Origin: Cladosporium halotolerans
Lineage: Eukaryota
DNA length: 64,000 bases
Reading direction: 5' to 3'
Assembly: GCF_011745625.1 (NCBI RefSeq)
Contig: NW_027191473.1
Coordinates: 310,001 to 374,000, forward strand
The notes under the pieces were generated by a model. That model was given only the letters and a program-made list of their open reading frames with translations, was not told the DNA's origin and did no database searches. Position numbers and translations under genes: made by a program. Numbering within the stretch: position 1 is the stretch's first letter; every line of letters begins with the position of its first letter. Shown here piece after piece: positions 56,521 through 64,000 of the stretch.

Positions 56521-58737
56521 TCACATAACCGCACACCCCCCGCTCCTCGCCCTCCTCCTCCTCCCGCCCCCGACCCCCGCGCTCCCCTCCTCCTCATCAG
56601 CATGCATCATCTGCGCCTCGCGCGCCCTCCTCCTGCGCCTCCTGCCGCCCGCGCCCGCCGCGCCCGCCTCCTCCTGCGCGATCATGAAGTCCGCCCACTT
56701 GCGCTCGAGCCGGCGGGCGGCGGCGAAGTCGCCGCGCAGCACGCGCTTCGTGTGCTCTTCGACGGTCGGCTGGTAGGTGTAGAAGCATTTGAGCTGGATG
56801 ATCTGCGAGGGGTAGGCGTGCTCGCGGAGGATGTGGATGCGGGGCGCGGGGAGGTTGTCGGTGGAGGAGGTCGGGGTGGCGCTTGGGGTGGCGGGGTCGG
56901 TGGTCGGGGGGAGGTTCTTGTCGAGCGGCGGGAGCTCGGCGGCTTTGGTCGTCGTGTGGACTTCGGCGTTGCGCGAGAGGACTTCGCGGACGCCGGTCCA
57001 GGTGACGTTCTGGCAGTCGTAGGCGATGAGGCGGAGGCCCGTCGTGGGCTGGAAGGGCGTGTTGTCCGTGAGGATGGTGCGCGGGGTCCGCGAGCGCATC
57101 ATGGCGGCGGCTTCGGCGAGGACGAGGTCCGAGATGCGTGTGTTGTCCATTTCGAGGGATTGCAGGTTTGTGCAGGCGCGGACGAGCGGGAGCATGCCGG
57201 TGTCACCAAGGTTCTCGCAGTAGGAGATGTTCAAGTGGCGGAGACGAGGGGCGCAGGGCGAGTTGGCGAGGCATTGGAGGACGACGTTGGAGAGAGAGTC
57301 CAGCTCTTCGAGATCGAGGTGGCTGAGCATCGGCGTCGTTGGCAGGAGGTCGGTGAGTGTGTCATCGAGGATGCCGTGGCATTTGGACAGCTGCAGACCT
57401 TCGATGTCGGGAATGTTGCTCACGCATGTGCGAACTCCACGATCCGTGATGCCTCGACAGCGCGTGAGATCCAAATGCTTCAGCTTCCGAGGAGGAACGA
57501 TAGGCCTGCCAGTGATGAAATCGATCTCGCTTTCCTTGCCTTCCATCAGCACAGCCAGCGACTTGTCGGTCAAGCTGTCGCAGTTCATCAAAATGAGACG
57601 TTCGAGGTTGTTGGTCTCGAAGAGCACCTGCATGAAATCAAGATCATCCCAGCCACTGACTTCGCCTGCCCGAACGTCCTTCAGATTTGGGCATCCCTCG
57701 ACTACCTTCCGAAGACCGTTCGTGTTGATGTTGTTGCACCAGGAAATGTTCAGATGCTCGAGCTTCGGGCAGTTACCCGCAATGATGCGCATGGCTGAAT
57801 TGGTAGCGCCAGCAAGGCCAGAAAGGTTGATATGCACAAGCCTGTTGTTCGCATAAAGAAAGCTGTGAATGGAAGTTCGATCGATCCTGCACCCTTCAAG
57901 GGAGAAGTTCTCGAGATTCCTGCAAGCGTCCGAGAGACCACGGCTGTGCCAGCGCTCGCGCAACTGCACGCATCCTCGCAGATTCAAGTCACGCACAAAA
58001 GGTCCGGCCTTTGTGATGATGCTGACGAGCGCATCGGCGGAGATGTCTTGGTAAAAGCCGGCGGTATCCATGATACTCCAGAGCTGACCGTCGAAGCACA
58101 TCCGGTGCCAATCCTTCGACACGCGTGATGAGCGAACGATTTGCCGCGGCTCGAGGTACATGAAGATCTGCATCTTGATTTCGGAAGGCATGTCACGCCA
58201 GAAATTGAACTTCTTGCGCGGTGGGCTCTGCTTCGCAACCGGCCTCGTGAAGTAGTCCTCGTCTACCTCCGCTATCCCCGGCGTGTCGCTAGGCTTTGAA
58301 GACACTCCAAGCCCCGACGGTATCGCCGCAGAGCTCTTGCTGTCAAGACCTGATGGTGTCTTGAGCCTGGCACGTTCATCCCACGACGGTATGGCGTTCC
58401 CTGGAGTTGTCACAGCGGACGTTGGTGCTGTAGAGTAGCCGTTGGAGTATTCTGATGCCAAAGAAGTGCCGAAGGAGGCACCATAACTAGAGTTCGCTGA
58501 ATTAAGCGAAATGCAAGAGACTGAGCCCCTGCCAGTGCCGCTGTATGTCCTGGCTCGTGTCCTGCCCATCTTTGCGAGTGACTGCGACGATGCTATGCGC
58601 TGAAGACCGGCGGCCAGCCGTGCCCTTCCCTTGAGTTTGAGAGGTTGTTCGGCGATCGGGCGTGCTGGTGTTGGGCTCTGGGTGCCTTCGCTCCCACCCG
58701 ACGCTTCACGTACGGATTCCGCCGATGAGCTCGCCAT
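56521..58737 (-). CDS. F-box/leucine-rich repeat protein (FBXL, SCF substrate adaptor)
   Basis: F-box FWRDMPSEIKMQIFMYL...VSKDWHRMCFDGQLW, followed by cysteine-containing LRRs (LNLRGC, LNISWC, LDLTRC, LQLSKC, LNISYC). Confidence 0.93.
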   Translation of the reverse strand: MASSSAESVREASGGSEGTQSPTPARPIAEQPLKLKGRARLAAGLQRIASSQSLAKMGRTRARTYSGTGRGSVSCISLNSANSSYGASFGTSLASEYSNGYSTAPTSAVTTPGNAIPSWDERARLKTPSGLDSKSSAAIPSGLGVSSKPSDTPGIAEVDEDYFTRPVAKQSPPRKKFNFWRDMPSEIKMQIFMYLEPRQIVRSSRVSKDWHRMCFDGQLWSIMDTAGFYQDISADALVSIITKAGPFVRDLNLRGCVQLRERWHSRGLSDACRNLENFSLEGCRIDRTSIHSFLYANNRLVHINLSGLAGATNSAMRIIAGNCPKLEHLNISWCNNINTNGLRKVVEGCPNLKDVRAGEVSGWDDLDFMQVLFETNNLERLILMNCDSLTDKSLAVLMEGKESEIDFITGRPIVPPRKLKHLDLTRCRGITDRGVRTCVSNIPDIEGLQLSKCHGILDDTLTDLLPTTPMLSHLDLEELDSLSNVVLQCLANSPCAPRLRHLNISYCENLGDTGMLPLVRACTNLQSLEMDNTRISDLVLAEAAAMMRSRTPRTILTDNTPFQPTTGLRLIAYDCQNVTWTGVREVLSRNAEVHTTTKAAELPPLDKNLPPTTDPATPSATPTSSTDNLPAPRIHILREHAYPSQIIQLKCFYTYQPTVEEHTKRVLRGDFAAARRLERKWADFMIAQEEAGAAGAGGRRRRRRAREAQMMHADEEEGSAGVGGGRRRRARSGGCAVM

Positions 58738-60409
58738 GACGGTGTGTGTGTGTGTTTCCGAGAGATATGGCGCAGGGCAGGCCTGGTCACTTGTTGCTTC
58801 GCGGGTTCAGAGTCCAAGTAGGGACAGTCGTGGAAGCCTGGCGCACGAGTCGCGACCGGGTTTTTAAACCACAGTGCGCACGCTCAGTGGCAGTCAATGA
58901 GGTGTCCGGCGGGTGTCAAGGTTGGGTGTCGCGACGCTGGGGTTGGTGGGGCAAGTTGATCAGGCGGGCTGCTGCGAATCAGCCTCGTGCCTGCGTGACT
59001 CAGCTGCGAGGCTACAGAGGGCTGATAACAAAGTCGCAACGAATCGCTGCCGGATGCTGCGACCCGTAGGCCTTGCTCGGGCTGTCTCGCGACTCTGTTT
59101 CGTCGTCGTCTTCGCCGTCAAGTGTCCCGCCTCTTATCGCCGGTCGTTATCGCCTCGGCTGATCTGGAGGTGAGGGCGGGATGGACAGTCTGTGCGCACC
59201 GACGCCGTTGCGCCTCAGGCTTCGCAGCACGTGAACGAACGGCTTTGAGGGTTCGAGTGAAGTGAATGATGGAGTGAGAGAAGAGGAGGAACCCCGAGGC
59301 CTGAGAGCAGAAGCACTTGACAGCTCGGCCGGAAGTTTGCGAGCACACGAGTTTGTTAGCCGTGTCTCGTCGCCATCCATGCCTCCACCTCCACGCGGAC
59401 GCACATGCACCCACCCGGGCTAGCACGGGAAACGCGCATGCAGAAACAGCCAGTGAGAGAGGGCACTGGCGTCCGCGGGCGGTAGGATCCATCTGCAGGG
59501 TCATCTTCGACCAGCCTCTGCTGCCGACAATTCGGCGGCCGACATGCTACGGTGCCTTGGATTGCATGCGTCTACAGGAATCGCATACCCCTCGCCCGCT
59601 GCTCTGTACAGCAGCATATTATTACCCCGCTTCCATTTGTCCCTGCGAGGCGTCTACGGAAAATCCTCCAGGAGTCATCACATCAACCTATCATCACCAC
59701 TTGCTTCCGTTCCCCTCCGTGAAACAAGCGGCAAGGCCAGGCTCTTCGGCGAAGGTCCGGAGCAAGCCTAACGATCCAAGCGACGGGCCAAGCAAAGCGG
59801 CGCAGTCGCTCAGCGTTGAGGTGTGGGGATCCCGCAAACTCAATTCACACCTTCTAGAAATCCCGCAGAATCCACCCACCACACGAGCGATCGATCGCTT
59901 GAACCACAGGCAGTAAAATAGGCAGTAGGGCAGGCTCAGCAAGCAACGAGAACATATGATCCATTCCTGGCTGGTTCAGAACACCTCACATCAGCCCCAA
60001 ATATGCACCCACAGAGCTGATTTTTCCCCGCCAACCGTAGTCCGTCCCTGCCGACGTACCTGCGCGACTTTTCCTTGGAGGCGCGGCACTGTGGCCCGTC
60101 TGAGCGGCTGCAGGCCTCCCCACATGGGCGAAGGTGCCGGCCGCGCAGCCGCGCAGACGCCATGGATCTGACAATGGTCTCTTCTGCCAATCGTAGCAAA
60201 CCCGAAAATCCGAGGCGGCACGTCGGCTTGGAAGCGGACTTTTTGTAGCTGCGAGTCTGGCTGGAAAGAGGTATGCCGTGCTGTGGACTATGCACGTGGG
60301 AAGCAATTCATGGCATGGTAGCTTGACCTCTCTCCAGACATTGATTATACATTACTATTTTTCGTAGCTGCAATCCAATAGTCCTAGATAGGGTAGGTAT
60401 ACATCCTTC

Positions 60410-61561
60410 TCACTCAGTCTTTCCCGCCCTCTTCGCAGCCTCCGCCTCAACCTTCGACTTCAACGACGACTCGCCGTCCTCCCTCCAGTAGCTTCCAAAA
60501 ACGCTCGGCAAGAACCTGCCCACCTTCTGCTGATAGACCTTGTACTCCGGGTACTTGCCGGCAGAAATGTACTCCGTCAACGGCGTGCTGCCCGCGAAGA
60601 CGCTCAGGTACGACAGCGCGCCGGCCGCCGTCCAGTTCCACCAGCTGCCCGTGCTGTACGCGGCCCACGCGTACAGCGTCACCCAGATCGTCTGCTCGGC
60701 GGCGAAGTTCGGGTGCCGCGAGAACTTCCACAGCCCGCTGGTGTTGAAGCCGCGGTCGAGCTGCGCGCGAGAGTAGCCGGGCTGCGGCTTGGCCGTGCGC
60801 TGGTAGGCGCCTTTGGCTTGGTGGTAGTTCCACTGCTGCTGGTCGGCGATGAACTCGATCGCGACGAGGAAGATGAGGAAGCGCGAGATGGTGGTGTCGA
60901 CGACGGTTACGCCGGGGTCGATGCGGGAGGTGAGGAGGAGGAGGTAGGCGGGGGTCGTGACGGCGAAGAGGAGGACCTGGCGAACGTGTTAGTCTTGCGA
61001 AAAGTGAGCAGGACGACTGAGGCGTGATGGACTTACGCTTTGCACAGATGAGGTGAACAGGACGTTCAGCAGGAAGAAGGCGGGTGTTCCAATCCAGCCC
61101 TTGATCAAATTCCAGCGGTAATCCTCGCTGCCGATCTGGTATCCTCCTCTTCTCCAGTAGTTGAATGTCAAGCGGATAGACCACACCACGCTGAACGCCA
61201 TTACATGATCCACCTTCGCAGTCGGAAGGTCGTTAACTCTAGCCCACACGGCATAGTGGATGTGGTATAGTGTCGGGAGGATTGACCACACGCGATCAAC
61301 CTGGCTCCAGTTTCTGTTGATCTCAGAAACGACAAGAAAGATCGGAAAGAGGGCCAAGGAGAACGCAAAGCCAGAAATGACCGGGTTCGTCGCGGCGTAT
61401 ATGCTCTTCAGAGCTTCCACGTCACCGATGTTGGCAACAATTTGATCGGGCAGTGCGTATAGCTGGGGAATGTAGGGCTCGACGGTCTTGCTCCAGGATG
61501 CGCAGTCGGAGAGCGTCTTGATTATGGGCAAAGACAGCCCAGCTGGCGGAGCGACGGGCAT
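60410..61561 (-). CDS. DUF1295 / steroid 5-alpha-reductase-like membrane protein, 2 exons
   Basis: NWSQVDRVWSILP, WSIRLTFNYWRRGGY, EDYRW, ADQQQW, GLWKFSRHPNFAAEQ, STPLTEYISAGKYPEY. Intron ~61036-60978. Confidence 0.92.
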
Positions 61562-61735
61562 CTTGGCGGATATGAGAGACCGTAGTGAAGATTGTGTTTG
61601 TAGGCAGGAGCTGTTTGTCGTGTGCCAGGATATAAACGTCGTATTGACACCTTCGCGCAGCACAGCCAATTCGCTTGTTCATGGCGTCATCATCATACGG
61701 ATTCAGCCGCCGGCATTGCGGCCCATCTGAGCCTC

Positions 61736-61762
61736 AACCCTGATTAACCTAACCCTAACCCT
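61736..61762. repeat. Short interstitial telomere-like motif (AACCCT)n
   Basis: aaccctgattaacctaaccctaaccct read directly. Confidence 0.7.
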
Positions 61763-62095
61763 CTGTACCCTATTCTTGTCAAGCAGGATGGCGCAGTACT
61801 TGCACGGTCGGGGTCTTTCTGATCTTCCACCCAGTATACATGGTCAAATGTAATAATAGATGTCAGGGTTTGTCATGACTGTTTTTTGGGCCATATCGCT
61901 GCCTCGCTGTCGTTCGATGTCTCACCATCTTTCGCAAAGCCTTCGTACTTGACATTGCTTGGGGTAATGGAAGCGTAGGAGGATGCAACGAAGTGAGGTA
62001 GACAATAGAACAGATCACCGTACTGAAGACCAACCGGACTCTCCATCTTGCTATCTAGAGCTCGAAAAATCGGCGTCGAATCGCCGATACCTTCT

Positions 62096-62583
62096 TTACT
62101 TCCTGCCTTCGACCATGACAATGTGGTATCCTTCGCTAGTCTTGCATCTGCCATATGGGTCAGCAATCGAGCAGGTAGGCTGAGGCCATTATGCTCTGGA
62201 CTCACTCTGCCCACTTCGGGCTATTTGTCGAAGACGGCTCGAGCTCGAAAGCGACCTTTTCGAACTCTGGGAGCAAGGCACCTTTGCCCTTCCAGCCAAG
62301 CGATCCACCTGAATATTGTCAATTGACGGTTCAAGCTGCGAGCACCGGCTCACTGTATAGAGTTCTTACCAGCCCTTGCTTTGTCTTCCGAGTACTCCTC
62401 AGCGACCTTGTTGAAAGCAACACCCTCATTCAGCTTCTTGAGTGCTTCCTCCTTCTTGCCGTGTTTCTCGCAGAGGATGTGGCGGACGTTGACCGACTGG
62501 GCACCCTTCTGAGCGCCGCCTTTCTTATCTCCGCCCTTGTCCGCCCCTTTGCCCTTGTCGCCTCCCTTGCCCTTGGGTGCCAT
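62096..62583 (-). CDS. PIN4: Parvulin-type peptidyl-prolyl isomerase (Par14/PIN4), 3 exons
   Basis: [79 protein letters not shown]. Confidence 0.92.
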
Positions 62584-62799
62584 GACTGTTTATCGATGGT
62601 CGGATTTGTGAAGGCTGTTAGGACTATTGCGTGCTGAACGCTGGAGGCAGGAAGTTTGGTCAGCCCCGCACACTTTTGTCGATTGTTCGATGCGCATTCG
62701 TTCACTTCGACTTCACCATACCGCGCACCAAGGTCTAAGATATACAACACAAGTCTCGCGTCGCTTATTCTGTAGAAATCTGGAACACGCCTCATCCTA

Positions 62800-63596
62800 A
62801 TGATGGACGAAATCACACCAATAGGTCTCTTGGAGCAGCATAAAATTCCCGATCTGCCTGCTGCGATGTACTACATACCCAACTTTATCAACGAAGACGA
62901 AGAACAACGCATATTGGAGAAGGTAGGTTGTGGTTGAGTCTACTACCTACAGAGTAAAAGACAAGGTCTAAATCACACCAGATACCTGCAAACCGCTGGA
63001 TCTCCCTCACCCACCGCCGCCTGCAAGCCATCCCTGCCCAACTCACAGCAAACAACACCCTCGTCGCCTCGTCTAAAATGCCACCTTGGCTCACAAATCC
63101 CGTCGTCGATCGTATCTCATCTTCCGGAATCTACGAAGGCGCGCCCCACGGAATCAACCATTGCTTAATCAACGAATATCTCCCCGGCCAGGGCATCATG
63201 CCACACGAGGACGGCGCGGCGTACCACCCTGTAGTTGCCACTGTCAGTCTTGGAGGAAGCTTGGTGCTCGATGTGACTGAGAAAAGGAAGGAAAATGATG
63301 CGGATGCTTCAGACGGCGCGTCAGAACCTAAGAGGTGGCGGATTCTGCAGGAGCCGCGGTCTTTACTGCTCACAACTTCTTCGGCCTATACGGACACGCT
63401 TCATGGCATCGCGGAAGTGAAGGAGGACTCGGATCTAACGCCGGAAACTGTAGCTAACTGGAAACTGCTTGGGAACGCAGGAGTGATCGAAGCAAATGGT
63501 GGCTGTAACACGAGGACGGATCGCATCAGTCTGACTTATCGAGACGTGAACAAGGTTTCGAATGTCGCTTCGAAACTGTTCGGAAAGACAAGATGA
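62800..63596 (+). CDS. ALKBH6: AlkB homolog 6-like 2OG-Fe(II) dioxygenase, 2 exons
   Basis: YYIPNFINEDEE, WISLTHRRLQ, NHCLINEYLPGQGIMPHEDG (HxD), LHGI, RISLTYR. Intron ~62923-62981. Confidence 0.92.
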
Positions 63597-64000
63597 GGAC
63601 AGACGGGCGTCTTGCCGAATCTGTCAGCCTTTGTTGCACATAAAGTCCAAATACAACAAGAGGACTAAGGCTATTCGGTTTCCCGGCCGCAGAGGGCAAG
63701 ATCAAACTCGGTCTTAATCGTACAAGAGCATACCGGCACGCCATAAATCGGACCCAAAAGCATGCCCGACCCTGAGAGGAAGATCCAAGATCCGCAATGT
63801 GGAACAGAGCAAGCTCGCTACCTTCACCTTGTCCTGCTGAGCCAGACTGGCAGCCTTTCAAAAATGCCTTTGGCTTTCCAGCGACAGCCCCTGGTCGCGA
63901 TATGGCCGCCCATCATTTTGCTCTGCTGAACCCCGATACCCAGCTCTTTACACGCTCAGTGGCAGGCGAGTCTTGGTCAGGACTGAAGAGCTTTCGCTTT

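Noticed and set aside
56134..57798. 554-aa plus-strand ORF
   Set aside because: Antisense to the F-box/LRR gene; explained by codon bias and low-complexity 3' sequence.
61740..62095. Possible telomerase RNA (template-like CTAACCCTAA)
   Set aside because: Only ~530 nt lie between the flanking genes, far shorter than filamentous-fungal telomerase RNAs; no recognisable pseudoknot.

Overview
This is a gene-dense 64 kb stretch of a filamentous ascomycete nuclear genome. The evidence is short GT-AG introns with CTRAC branch points and C-rich codon usage; a Dothideomycete (Mycosphaerellales-like) origin is my inference only. About 27 protein genes can be modelled: PP4 regulatory subunit R2, three MFS transporters, a degenerate GH18 chitinase-like protein, RTC3/SBDS-like, two F-box-like orphans, GH45 endoglucanase, an ABM-fold protein, glutaminase GtaA, M28 protease Pff1, Urh1, complex I NDUFS5, a RecA/Rad51 paralog, a UBL-BAG co-chaperone, RPL16, a Hos4-like ankyrin protein, RPS7, PAS kinase, an F-box/LRR protein, DUF1295, parvulin PIN4, ALKBH6 and three hypotheticals. 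I found no tRNA, rRNA, transposon or secondary-metabolite cluster. Five observations stand out. (1) The BAG gene appears to carry a GUG-initiated 79-codon N-terminal extension with a transmembrane anchor, which could give membrane and soluble isoforms. (2) An orphan membrane protein has PAM2-like and FFAT-like motifs and is a candidate mRNP-membrane tether. (3) The secreted chitinase-like protein has degenerate catalytic motifs and PAPW repeats. (4) Sharp C/A-rich to G/T-rich skew switches recur independently of gene orientation. (5) RPS7 intron 1 contains a perfect GC hairpin. All calls are by eye from motif knowledge; no searches were run.
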